Below are positions 28,313-37,243 of a stretch of DNA of 64,000 nucleotides, in pieces. Source of the stretch: Bacillota bacterium. GTDB lineage: Bacteria > Bacillota > Dehalobacteriia > UBA4068. Numbering within the stretch: position 1 is the first letter of the stretch; each line of letters opens with the position of its first letter. Below the pieces are notes generated by a model, which saw only the letters and a list, made by a program, of their open reading frames with translations, did not search any database and was not told the DNA's origin. The stretch lies in contig JAVBKT010000001.1 of assembly GCA_031553915.1 (NCBI GenBank), positions 18,891-82,890 of the forward strand, read 5' to 3'. The position numbers and the translations under genes were made by a program.

Positions 28313-30478
28313 TTATGGCGCAATATCGCTATTAATAATTGCCTCGTCCTCAAAGACGACTTTAATGGTGGTTCCGGCCTTGACGACTTCGCCGTAATCC
28401 GGCTTTTGTGATAAAACAACACCGCTGCCCTCAGCAGTCAGCCCCAGTCCCAAAACAGAGAGGATATTGGCTGCCTCGGCAAAGCGTTTGCCCCGCAAAT
28501 CCGGAACGGTTACCATGCCCTCGCCCAGACTGTTATCAGCTGCGGCAGTCAATAAAACACTGGTACCGGTTCTGGCGTCAGCGCCGGCTACAGGCTGCTG
28601 ACTGCTAACAGTATTGCCGCTGCCGCTCAGCTTGACGTTCAGCCCCAAGCGCTGCAAATTGGCAATGGCCTCGGCCACAGAGAGATTGGTCACATTTGGC
28701 ACAGTAATGGTAATATTGCTGTCTTGATTGGCCGCACTATTTGCCGTATCAACAGGCTCCGTCGGAGCTATCCCTAAATAGCGCAGCGTGTCAGACATCA
28801 CTGTATGGAAAATAGGCGCTGCCACCTGTGATCCATAAAAGAGCCCGGATGGTTCATCGACAATAACCAAACAAACCAGCTCCGGATCATTTGCCGGCAC
28901 CATACCAATAAAGGAGGCGACATATTTACCAGCAGCATAGCCACCTGATTCCGGTTTTTGCGCCGTACCTGTTTTTCCGCCAATCAGATAGCCGTCAATT
29001 GCCGCCTGATAGCCGGAGCCATTGGTAACAACGCCAACCAATAATTTGCGCAGCTCTTGGGCTGTTTCCGCGGAAACAATCTTACGCACTTCTTCCGGCT
29101 CTTGTTCATAAATAACCGTGTCGCCATCCATCACCTTGGAAACCAGCTGCGGCTTAAGCAGGACCCCGTCATTAGCAACCGCGCATACAGCGGTGATCAG
29201 CTGAATGGGCGTAACAGAAATCCCCTGCCCCATGGCAATGGTAGCAATTTCAACCTGATTAACATTTTCTTCCGCCTGCAAAATGCCGGTAGCTTCACCT
29301 TGCAGTTGAATGCCGGTGGTTTGGCCAAAGCCATAGGCATTAATATATTTGTAGAACAGCCCTTTTTCTTTAGCTTCAATGCTCTGGCCAATGGCGACAA
29401 AAGCCGGGTTGCAGGAGTTTTGCACAGCCTCTGCCAAGTTTTGCGAACCATGCGGCACCGTGGACCAACAGCCAATGCGCGCACCGGCAACTGTAACAGA
29501 GCCGCCGCAATAGAAACCGCTGTGATCGTCAACAGTTCCTTCTTCCATGGCTGCGGAGGCAGTAACGATTTTAAAGGTGGAGCCTGGCTCATAAGAATCA
29601 TTGAGCAAAAAATTGCGCCGCGAAGACTCTTCATAATCATTATAATTATTGGGATCATAGGTATTAGCCACAGCCATGGCCAAAACTTCCCCTGTTTTGG
29701 GGTTCATGATAATAATACCGGCATTTTTGGGCGGCGTTTCACTGTTCATCAAGTTAGCCAAATCCCGCTCACAAAAATACTGAATATTTTCGTCAATCGT
29801 CAAATAGACGTCATAGCCCTCTTCGGGGGCAATATATTCATATTCGGAATGCTGGATAGGTGTATTATTAGCGTCATATTCACCAACTATCCGTCCGTCT
29901 GTACCGACAAGCCAGTCCTCCAGGGACAATTCCACACCGTAAAGCCCTTGATTATCAATACCAGCTGCGCCCAGCACATGCGCTGCCAGCGTACCCTTAG
30001 GATAATAACGCTGGGTCTCCTGCTCGATTTCTACACCAATCAATTCCGCCTCGCGGATTTTTTCCGCAACATCAAAATCTACTTTGCGTTTAACATAGAC
30101 ATAGTATTGATCAGCAGTAACCTTGCCATATACCTCCTGATATTCCATATCAAGCGCTTCCGCTAAAAATTCCGAGGTTTTTCTGGCAGCAGCCTCCTGA
30201 TCAGCCTCCTCCAGACGTTTAATTGCCGGCGGACGGACAGCAATAGAATCAGCGGTAATGCTAATCGCCAGTTTGCTGCCGGTGCTGTCATAGATAACTC
30301 CCCTGGGGGCTGCCACAGACATATCTCTGGTACGCATATCCTCCGCTTTGGCTTGCAGAGTATCGCCTTGCACAAATTGCACAACGAACAATTTGACAAC
30401 TATCGCCAAAAAACACAAAAGGAGCAGGCTCAAGACCAGCGCAATCTTTCTTTTTATCCCAAGTTTAACTGCTGCCAT
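28313..30478 (-). CDS. class B penicillin-binding protein / peptidoglycan D,D-transpeptidase with two C-terminal PASTA domains (FtsI/SpoVD/PBP2B-like)
   Basis: Active-site motifs STFK, SQN and KTGTA are present. There are two PASTA repeats after the transpeptidase domain. Confidence 0.85.
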   Translation of the reverse strand: MAAVKLGIKRKIALVLSLLLLCFLAIVVKLFVVQFVQGDTLQAKAEDMRTRDMSVAAPRGVIYDSTGSKLAISITADSIAVRPPAIKRLEEADQEAAARKTSEFLAEALDMEYQEVYGKVTADQYYVYVKRKVDFDVAEKIREAELIGVEIEQETQRYYPKGTLAAHVLGAAGIDNQGLYGVELSLEDWLVGTDGRIVGEYDANNTPIQHSEYEYIAPEEGYDVYLTIDENIQYFCERDLANLMNSETPPKNAGIIIMNPKTGEVLAMAVANTYDPNNYNDYEESSRRNFLLNDSYEPGSTFKIVTASAAMEEGTVDDHSGFYCGGSVTVAGARIGCWSTVPHGSQNLAEAVQNSCNPAFVAIGQSIEAKEKGLFYKYINAYGFGQTTGIQLQGEATGILQAEENVNQVEIATIAMGQGISVTPIQLITAVCAVANDGVLLKPQLVSKVMDGDTVIYEQEPEEVRKIVSAETAQELRKLLVGVVTNGSGYQAAIDGYLIGGKTGTAQKPESGGYAAGKYVASFIGMVPANDPELVCLVIVDEPSGLFYGSQVAAPIFHTVMSDTLRYLGIAPTEPVDTANSAANQDSNITITVPNVTNLSVAEAIANLQRLGLNVKLSGSGNTVSSQQPVAGADARTGTSVLLTAAADNSLGEGMVTVPDLRGKRFAEAANILSVLGLGLTAEGSGVVLSQKPDYGEVVKAGTTIKVVFEDEAIINSDIAP

Positions 30479-30517
30479 GAACCCACCCCATAAAGTTTTT
30501 TAATATTTTTCGCTAGA

Positions 30518-31054
30518 TCAATCGTTCTCAGCTGCTTTGGCTGTACCAAAAAGGAAACTACTGACAGAGCTCCAGAAACCGCTGTCTTCAACCTCTGCCA
30601 TAGCAGTGTTTTGGCTGTTTGCCAATTGCTGCTGACCCATGGCTATGGCCAAAGAGCTTTGTTCATCAAGAATATAAACATCGCTGGCCGTGGGCCGTAC
30701 CATAGCAAGATTGTCTGCCACATAAGCCTCAACCCGGTCCAGAGAAGCCAGCTGGCCCAGCTCCAGTTCAGCGCGGGCAGTCATATTATTGGTCTCGCTA
30801 ATGGCCGCCTGCAGTTGGTTAATTTCCACACCCACGCTGCAAACCTGAGCGCTCATAAAAGTAACCGCCAAAAGATAAAGAAGGACAGCAGATGCTGCGA
30901 CAGCTATTTTAGCGATATCCGCGCGTCTTTTGTTTTCGCGTGCTTTGGCCTGTTTGCCGTCAAGAACCCTAATTTCTCTGCGTTCGAATTCTTGCGCACG
31001 CTCATAGGCCACCGCACTACCATTGATACCCATTTTATGTCCTCCTCTGATCAA
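30518..31054 (-). CDS. ftsL: FtsL-like cell division protein (single TM plus coiled coil); start uncertain
   Basis: The position between rsmH and the PBP gene matches FtsL. A TM helix is followed by a coiled-coil region. Confidence 0.6.
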   Translation of the reverse strand: MIRGGHKMGINGSAVAYERAQEFERREIRVLDGKQAKARENKRRADIAKIAVAASAVLLYLLAVTFMSAQVCSVGVEINQLQAAISETNNMTARAELELGQLASLDRVEAYVADNLAMVRPTASDVYILDEQSSLAIAMGQQQLANSQNTAMAEVEDSGFWSSVSSFLFGTAKAAEND

Positions 31055-31057
31055 ATA

Positions 31058-31999
31058 TTACAGTTTCACCGCTGCCCTCAGCATTGCCGAGCGGCTACGG
31101 GGGTTTTCTTCTAACTCTGTTGCCTGCGCCATAACCGGCTTTTTGGTCAGTATTTTCAGATCCGCCTGATGTCCGCAAACACAGATCGGGGTACGCGGCG
31201 GACAAAGGCAATTGGTGGCGTGAAGCTTGAAGGTTTCTTTGACAATCCGGTCTTCCAAAGAATGAAAGCTAATTACTGCCAATACTCCGCCTGGTTTCAA
31301 CAAGGAGACCGCTGCCTCCAAACCAGTCTCAAGCGCGGCCAGCTCCTGGTTAACAACAATGCGCAAAGCCTGAAAGCTGCGTTTGGCCGGGTGCTGATCC
31401 TTTTCCCGGGCATTCTTGGGTACCGCTTTTTTTATGATATCCACCAACTGATAGGTGGTGTTAATCTCGCTTTTTGCTCTTTCCTCAACAATAAACTTAG
31501 CAATGCGTTTGGCCCATTTTTCCTCGCCATAGCGGTAGAGGATATTGGCTAGTTCTTCTTCACCTGTGGTATTTACCAGCTCAGCGGCTGATATTCCTTC
31601 CTCCTGATTCATGCGCATATCCAGCGGAGCATCCTGCATATAAGAAAATCCGCGCTGCGGCGTATCCAGCTGATGGGATGAAACGCCGATATCCAGTAAA
31701 ATGCCATCAACAGCGGCTATTCCCTCCTGGTTTGCAATCTGTTGCATTTGCGCATAATTGCCGGAGGCAAGCGCGAAACGTCCTTTGTATTCGGCCAATT
31801 TTTCAGCTGCCGCATTTAGCGCTTCACTGTCCCGATCTATACCGAGGAGAAAACCCTTGGGCGTCGAAGCTTTTAGGATAGCATAAGCATGATTGCCGCC
31901 GCCAACAGTGCCATCGATATAGATGCCGTTGCTTTTGGGTTGCAAATACTCCAGTACGGGAGCAACAAGTACTGGAATATGGCTAAAGGATCCGCTCAT
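31058..31999 (-). CDS. rsmH: 16S rRNA (cytosine1402-N4)-methyltransferase
   Basis: 313 aa with a SAM-binding motif (GTVGGGGH) and the MraW family signature. Confidence 0.9.
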   Translation of the reverse strand: MSGSFSHIPVLVAPVLEYLQPKSNGIYIDGTVGGGNHAYAILKASTPKGFLLGIDRDSEALNAAAEKLAEYKGRFALASGNYAQMQQIANQEGIAAVDGILLDIGVSSHQLDTPQRGFSYMQDAPLDMRMNQEEGISAAELVNTTGEEELANILYRYGEEKWAKRIAKFIVEERAKSEINTTYQLVDIIKKAVPKNAREKDQHPAKRSFQALRIVVNQELAALETGLEAAVSLLKPGGVLAVISFHSLEDRIVKETFKLHATNCLCPPRTPICVCGHQADLKILTKKPVMAQATELEENPRSRSAMLRAAVKL

Positions 32000-32001
32000 G
32001 A

Positions 32002-32433
32002 TTACAGCCTGATATCCGGGAAATAGGCAGCGTCTTCTTCAAAGGTCTCCGCTGCTTCCTCACAGTAGCTCTGCCAGCGGTCTTTATCCCATATTTCCAA
32101 ACGGGTGGTAGCGCCGACAGTAACAATTTCCTTGTCGATTCCGGCAAATTCACGCAGAACCGGGGGCAATACGACGCGGAATTGCTTATCGATCTCAACA
32201 TCAAAAGCTCTGGCAGTAAAGGAACGGGAAAAGCGTCTGGCCCGTGGGTCAGTAGCGGAAAGCTGTTCCAAGCTGGCGATAACTGTTTGCCATTTTTTTA
32301 AGGGGTAGACAAAAATGCAGTCGTCAAGACCCTTAACCAGCACAAATTGCTCGCCCAGCTCTTCCCTGAAACGGGATGGTATGATGTAGCGCCCTTTGGC
32401 GTCAATCGAATGATTAACCTCGCCGATTAGCAT
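32002..32433 (-). CDS. mraZ: transcriptional regulator MraZ
   Basis: 143 aa with a duplicated DxxxR MraZ fold. Confidence 0.9.
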   Translation of the reverse strand: MLIGEVNHSIDAKGRYIIPSRFREELGEQFVLVKGLDDCIFVYPLKKWQTVIASLEQLSATDPRARRFSRSFTARAFDVEIDKQFRVVLPPVLREFAGIDKEIVTVGATTRLEIWDKDRWQSYCEEAAETFEEDAAYFPDIRL

Positions 32434-32542
32434 CTGCTTCTACTTTCCTCCACTTTACTCCACTTTGGACTTGTTTATTAATTCTCTTTCAATAAGCGAA
32501 TTCCTTTTTTTATTATAAAATTTTTTACTAAAGGCCCAGCTA

Positions 32543-32592
32543 AAAAGCGATAGGCATCAATACTATATATAGTATTGATGCCTATCGCTTTT
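32543..32592. terminator. 50-bp perfect palindrome (25-bp arms, no spacer) flanked by an A-tract and a T-tract; bidirectional terminator-like element between the exporter gene and mraZ
   Basis: The sequence aaaagcgataggcatcaatactata|tatagtattgatgcctatcgctttt is exactly self-complementary. Confidence 0.6.
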
Positions 32593-32687
32593 GTCAATAT
32601 ATGCCAAATATAAATAATTAGCTAATCTGTTGCGAAAAAAATTAAAAATTATTTTCTAAATATTTAAAAAAGTTTTCCCAAAGCAAA

Positions 32688-33237
32688 CTATTTTTTGGCT
32701 CTTTTTTTGAAAAAAATGATCGCGCCAATGATCAACAATGCGATCAAAACAAAAATCAACTCGCCATATACCAATTGAGAAATCATCAATCCGCCGCTAA
32801 CAATAGCAGTAACAGCTAAACCTGCCACCAGCATCCCCACGGTAATGGCAACAGCTGCTTTTGCAAAAGGAATATTCAAAAGCACAGCTACCAGGCAACC
32901 GGTCCAAACCCCTGTCCCTGGGAGAGGAATAGCAACCAAAAGCGCTAAGCCGACCAAACCGTAGCGACGCACTTGTTCGCCTTTTTTATCTCCCCGCTCC
33001 GCTAGCTTACGCAAAGGCTTCCCTAAACGCGGCCAATGCACAACCTTGGCATAGAGAAACTTCAGCAATAAAAGCAAGGGAATGATCGGCGCAAAATTAC
33101 CCAAAACCGCCCAAAAAAAAAGCCGACCAGACTGACATGTCCCAAGCAACACCCAAGGGGATAGTGGCGCGCAGCTCTGTAATCGGCAGCATTGATAAAA
33201 AGAACACCCTCCATGTTTCCGGTATTCCTGATAACAT
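32688..33237 (-). pseudogene. small multidrug export protein (COG2426/PF06695-like) split by a frameshift in an A9 (T9 on coding strand) homopolymer at 33113-33121
   Basis: The N-terminal frame MLSGIPETWRVFFLSMLPITELRATIPLGVAWDMSVWSAFFLGGFG* and the C-terminal frame ...FFWAVLGNFAPIIPLLLL... are fused by removing one T. Confidence 0.55.
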
Positions 33238-33280
33238 TTCGATAAATGTATTAGCCACTACTAATTAATCCCCGCCTCAG

Positions 33281-34462
33281 CTATTCCTTTTTTTCTTTGG
33301 TTAAATTTGTAGCTGCCTGCGCCAACACCTGCGCTCCCAAGAACAAGCCGTCCTCTTCAATATCAAAGGCAAAATCATGCCATGGCTGGTTGCATCTTTT
33401 GCTGCCGGTGCCGGTAAAAAACAGCGCCGCCGGTACATGTTTGCCAAACATGGCAAAATCTTCTCCGCCCATTGGCGATTTGAAAACAGAGGATACCCGG
33501 GCAGAGCCTATCGCTTCCACCGCCTCCTTGATCAATCCGACCATATGGCTGTCATTATTCACCGGCGGATAAGCGATATCATAGACAAATTTGCAGGAGG
33601 CGCCCCAAGCCTGGCAAAAACCCTCGGCAATCCGCTGCATTTCTGCTCTGATTTTATCACGCAAGCTCAAATCAAAAGTGCGTACTGTGCCTTTGATCGC
33701 CACATCCTGCGGGATAACATTATATGTTTCAATGGTATTAATCGAGCTGACTGTCAATACCGCACAATCCTGCGGATCAATTCTTCTGCTGATTATCTGG
33801 TGATAGGCGGTAATAATTTGGGCTGCTATTGCCACAGGATCAATCGCCTGATGCGGAATTGCCGCATGCCCGCTTTTGCCGCTGATCAGCAAATCAAAAT
33901 CATCGCTGGCTGCCATCATCGTGCCTGTTTTGACAGCAATAGCGCCTACTGGAAAGCTGTTATTGACATGCGTAGCAAATATCCCGTCAACTTGGGGGTC
34001 TTCCAACACACCGGCGGCAATCATCCCTTTTGCTCCGCCGGGCTTACGCTCTTCATGCGGCTCAAAGAAAAACTTAACTGTCCCCGGCGGCGGGTTTTCC
34101 ACCAGCATTTTAGCAGCGCCCAGCCCCATGGCAATATGCCCGTCATGACCGCATGCATGCATGCGGCCCGGATATATGGATTTATACTCGCAATCATTTG
34201 CCTCCTGCACTGGCAGGGCATCCATATCAGCTCTAATCGCAGCGCATTTGTGCAGAGAATCGCCCGGCAATGTTGCCATCAGACCATAGCCATCCCCCAC
34301 ACGCTCCTTGACTGTCAAGCCAAAAGAACGCAACTGCTCCGCAATATAGCCCGCTGTTTCTTTTTCTTCTCCCGAAAGCTCCGGATACATATGAAAATGT
34401 CTGCGCCAAGCAATAATTTCTTCTTTGTTAATAGTCATAGCCACTCCTTTAATCATATGCAC
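33281..34462 (-). CDS. M20D-family amidohydrolase (N-acyl-L-amino acid amidohydrolase / hippurate hydrolase-like)
   Basis: The metal-binding signatures of the AmaA/HipO family are present (ACGHDGH, HQAIDP). Confidence 0.8.
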   Translation of the reverse strand: MHMIKGVAMTINKEEIIAWRRHFHMYPELSGEEKETAGYIAEQLRSFGLTVKERVGDGYGLMATLPGDSLHKCAAIRADMDALPVQEANDCEYKSIYPGRMHACGHDGHIAMGLGAAKMLVENPPPGTVKFFFEPHEERKPGGAKGMIAAGVLEDPQVDGIFATHVNNSFPVGAIAVKTGTMMAASDDFDLLISGKSGHAAIPHQAIDPVAIAAQIITAYHQIISRRIDPQDCAVLTVSSINTIETYNVIPQDVAIKGTVRTFDLSLRDKIRAEMQRIAEGFCQAWGASCKFVYDIAYPPVNNDSHMVGLIKEAVEAIGSARVSSVFKSPMGGEDFAMFGKHVPAALFFTGTGSKRCNQPWHDFAFDIEEDGLFLGAQVLAQAATNLTKEKKE

Positions 34463-34574
34463 GGGAAAACAAAATATCCCTGGCGATCAAAACTGTCCCC
34501 ATAGCTCAAAAGAAGGAAACACGGAACTTGTAATCAGGTTCCGTGTTTATCAATCAAGGTGTTTATTTTTCTGT

Positions 34575-35330
34575 CTATTGATTCTCAGTATTGGCATTGT
34601 CCCCGGTTTCAGCATTAGGGTCGGTATCAGTATTTTCATCTGCCGGTGTATTATTAGCCGTCATCAGCGCAAAATAGCCGATCAAATTACTAATTGTTTT
34701 ATATTCTTCACTGTCTTCTTCGACCAAAGCCAAATATGTATCAGCATAGGCTTGCGCTTCTTCCAGCCCAGAGTTTATGTATAAAAAGTATACATAAGAA
34801 TAGGCATAATTGATATTGGTCGGGTCCAGCGTAACTACTTCTTGATAAAGAGCTTTGGCTTCGTCTGCCTGCTGCAAATAACTAAGAGCAGCAGCTTTTC
34901 CTGCCAATATTTGCGCCCTGCCGGCATCATTTAAGGTCTCCGGCGCAGTATCTAACTGGATTTGATAATAATCATTCGCTTTGGTGGCTGCGTCAGTGGC
35001 TTTATCAGAGTATTGAGTGGCCATTGCCGCATCTGTTTCTTCACCGGCCTGCGTAGCACATAAAGAGGCAAGAGTACTATATAAATTTGCCATTGAGGAA
35101 GCAGTCGAAAAATCTATCTGGGCGCCAGCGGCAGGCTCATTGCTGGCAATATAACCTTCGTATTGAGCAATCTGTTCAGCTGTTGTTGCTTCAGCTGGCT
35201 GCCTCCCGGTATTGGAGCCTGCGCCCCAAACAGCAAAAGAACCAACCAAACCAACGGCAAGAATAACAACAATTACTATTAATAATTTCCCATGTTTTTT
35301 CGTCCCTTGACGAATTCTTTGCATGAACAC
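34575..35330 (-). CDS. membrane-anchored protein with TPR-like repeats and Asp/Asn/Thr-rich C-terminal tail, function unknown
   Basis: There is an N-terminal TM helix (LLIVIVVILAVGLVGSFAVW). Repetitive A/Q/Y-rich helices follow. Confidence 0.5.
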   Translation of the reverse strand: MFMQRIRQGTKKHGKLLIVIVVILAVGLVGSFAVWGAGSNTGRQPAEATTAEQIAQYEGYIASNEPAAGAQIDFSTASSMANLYSTLASLCATQAGEETDAAMATQYSDKATDAATKANDYYQIQLDTAPETLNDAGRAQILAGKAAALSYLQQADEAKALYQEVVTLDPTNINYAYSYVYFLYINSGLEEAQAYADTYLALVEEDSEEYKTISNLIGYFALMTANNTPADENTDTDPNAETGDNANTENQ

Positions 35331-35376
35331 TACATTTATCCTCCCAAAATCAACAGCTATATTTAAGTCCGTTTAG

Positions 35377-35781
35377 TTAATATAACACATTTTTTATTTT
35401 TAGGCAATCATTACATATGCCATAGCATTCCAGGCGGTATGATTGTATTTTGCCCGGCACATTGGCAAAGGTTTCTCCGGAAATAAGCGAATCATCGCAG
35501 GCAAAATCATAAAGCTTGCCACATTGCTCGCAGACAAAATGATAGTGCAGATTGGCATTGCCGTCAAAGCGGCTTTGACCCTTGCCATAATTCAGCTCCA
35601 TAATTTTGCCATCATGAATCAACACCTGCAAGTTACGATAAACTGTGCCCAGGCTAATATCAGGAATTCTTTTTCTTGCTTGCTCATATATCCAATCTGC
35701 AGTAGGATGGCTTGTGGTGGAGCTGATAATATCAAATATTACCGCTTTTTGTTTTGTCATTCTTTTTTGTTTAACTTCCAT
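35377..35781 (-). CDS. Fur-family metalloregulator (Fur/Zur/PerR)
   Basis: Has a winged-helix N-terminus. The motifs HYHFVCEQCG and CYGICNDC indicate a structural Zn site. Confidence 0.8.
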   Translation of the reverse strand: MEVKQKRMTKQKAVIFDIISSTTSHPTADWIYEQARKRIPDISLGTVYRNLQVLIHDGKIMELNYGKGQSRFDGNANLHYHFVCEQCGKLYDFACDDSLISGETFANVPGKIQSYRLECYGICNDCLKIKNVLY

Positions 35782-35829
35782 ACTTCGTCTTCCCTCGCAA
35801 ATTTAATAATTGTTTATTTAATCACTGCT

Positions 35830-36330
35830 CTAATTAAGCAAAGAGCTATAATCAGCAGAATCCATTTCCTCGCTTAAATGCCATAACTCCAGCTTATCGC
35901 TAAAAACCTCTTCAATCGAAGCAATCAGGTGAAAAAGCCGACCTTCAGCAAAAAGATAATCGCTGAGCAAAGGATTACCTGCCATAGTAAGGTAGAGCTC
36001 TTCCATTTGCTGATGATCATCAAGCGTATCATCACCAATCATGGCTGCCAGGCGGTCAGCCATTTGCTGCTGGCGTAATTGATTTAAAATATTGCTTTGC
36101 GTATCATCCGCCTCAAGACGGCTTTTGGCTGCCACAAACTGCATATATTCCGGGCTTGCCTTTAAAAGCTCCGCCAGATAAAATGCTTGTTTTTTAATCA
36201 GCTCTCTATGGTCTTTAGTAGACATTTTTTTTATATCATCGTTTTTATATGTCATTAATCGCACCTTAAATATTTTCTGATAACAGTTACTATTTACTCT
36301 AAAACGAATATTCTCCGTAAATCTGTTCAC
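35830..36330 (-). CDS. YlbF/YmcA (UPF0342) family regulator; true start probably MTYKNDD
   Basis: Sequence similarity to ComK/biofilm-associated YlbF-like proteins. Confidence 0.6.
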   Translation of the reverse strand: MNRFTENIRFRVNSNCYQKIFKVRLMTYKNDDIKKMSTKDHRELIKKQAFYLAELLKASPEYMQFVAAKSRLEADDTQSNILNQLRQQQMADRLAAMIGDDTLDDHQQMEELYLTMAGNPLLSDYLFAEGRLFHLIASIEEVFSDKLELWHLSEEMDSADYSSLLN

Positions 36331-36429
36331 ACCTTTTCATTTATAAAAATTATATAAAAATTTAGGGAAAAGCACCTATTTAATCCGCATGCATATTATT
36401 TTAATATAAAGAAACTAGGAGGTGCCAGA

Positions 36430-36843
36430 ATGAAACGGTATACTGTAGAGAGAGGCGATAGCCTTTGGAAAATAGCCCAAAACCATAATATCAGCCTCGA
36501 ATCTTTAATTGCCGCAAATCCTCAGATAGCTGATCCAAATTTAATTCAAATAGGTAGCCTGGTCAATATCCCTGAACTATGGGATCAGCCGGGATATGAT
36601 GAGAAGGATTATCGCGCCGGATTTGTCTATTGTGATGAAAGCGAAGAGCGTCCCTGCATTTATGTTGCAGATGAAGGAGAAACTTTAGAGAGCATTGGCA
36701 GACAATTGCATGTTCCCCTCTCTCAGTTAATCTATTATAACCTGCGTTATGGCAAAAGAGAACCCCTGGCTAAAGGAGCGCGTGTGGTGATTCCCGAAAA
36801 CCGCTATCCTTATCCTGAGCAACGGCCACGCCGTCCCCGTTAA
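36430..36843 (+). CDS. LysM-domain protein (only plus-strand gene in window)
   Basis: N-terminal LysM domain (YTVERGDSLWKIAQNHNISLESLIAANP). Has a good RBS (aggagg). Confidence 0.8.
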   Translation: MKRYTVERGDSLWKIAQNHNISLESLIAANPQIADPNLIQIGSLVNIPELWDQPGYDEKDYRAGFVYCDESEERPCIYVADEGETLESIGRQLHVPLSQLIYYNLRYGKREPLAKGARVVIPENRYPYPEQRPRRPR

Positions 36844-36846
36844 GCT

Positions 36847-36878
36847 AAAAACAGCCGCCTCGAGGCGGCTGTTTTATT
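36847..36878. terminator. bidirectional rho-independent terminator (acagccgcc-tcga-ggcggctgt + TTTTATT)
   Basis: Perfect 9-bp GC-rich stem with U-tracts on both strands. Confidence 0.8.
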
Positions 36879-36888
36879 GTAGTAAAAA

Positions 36889-37086
36889 TTATTCGACAGC
36901 TGCATTCAAGGCATCCATCAAAGCATCAACGTCCATACCATGGGCGGAGGCGCCATCTTCGATTGACTCGAAATGGGCGGCTGCACAGCCGATTCAGCCC
37001 ATGCCTTGCTCCATGAGAATCTGAGCAGTCTGAGGCCATTTGTCGATGATTTCCATAATGCCCATATCCCTTGTGATAGTGGTCAC
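36889..37086 (-). CDS. DUF1858-like small redox protein with in-frame TGA (candidate selenocysteine) in a UxxC motif: VTTITRDMGIMEIIDKWPQTAQILMEQGMG-U-IGCAAAHFESIEDGASAHGMDVDALMDALNAAVE
   Basis: GAGGAGG RBS, 7-nt spacer, GTG start. The TGA at 36994-36996 is in frame, and the ORF continues to a TAA at 36889. The sequence aligns with the GMxCxGCP...ESIEEAA..HGIDxDxLL..LN redox-disulfide family. Confidence 0.6.
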
Positions 37087-37190
37087 AATAATTCCTCCTC
37101 GCTAATATAAAAAATATGCCGCAATATATCTTTTGCATACTGCTTAACGACAGTTTGTCCAACTCTGAAAATAAGTATAACATAATAAAT

Positions 37191-37223
37191 AAAAAAAGCA
37201 AGGGCATAGGCCCTTGCTTTTTT
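37191..37223. terminator. bidirectional terminator downstream of gdhA (gcaagggc-ata-gcccttgc)
   Basis: 8-bp GC stem flanked by an A7 and a T6 run. Confidence 0.75.
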
Positions 37224-37243
37224 AAACATAATTCTTAATCTGA

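Noticed and set aside
29057-30166. 369-aa plus-strand ORF
   Set aside because: It lies antisense inside the PBP gene. It is a shadow ORF rich in Ile, Phe and Asn from the reverse-codon composition.
33377-34504. 375-aa plus-strand ORF
   Set aside because: It lies antisense to the M20 amidohydrolase gene. It is a shadow ORF.
36926-37207. 93-aa minus-strand track ORF (MPLLFLFIMLYLF...)
   Set aside because: It is the wrong frame and has no RBS. The same DNA encodes the DUF1858-like Sec/Cys protein in another frame and also holds the gdhA terminator.
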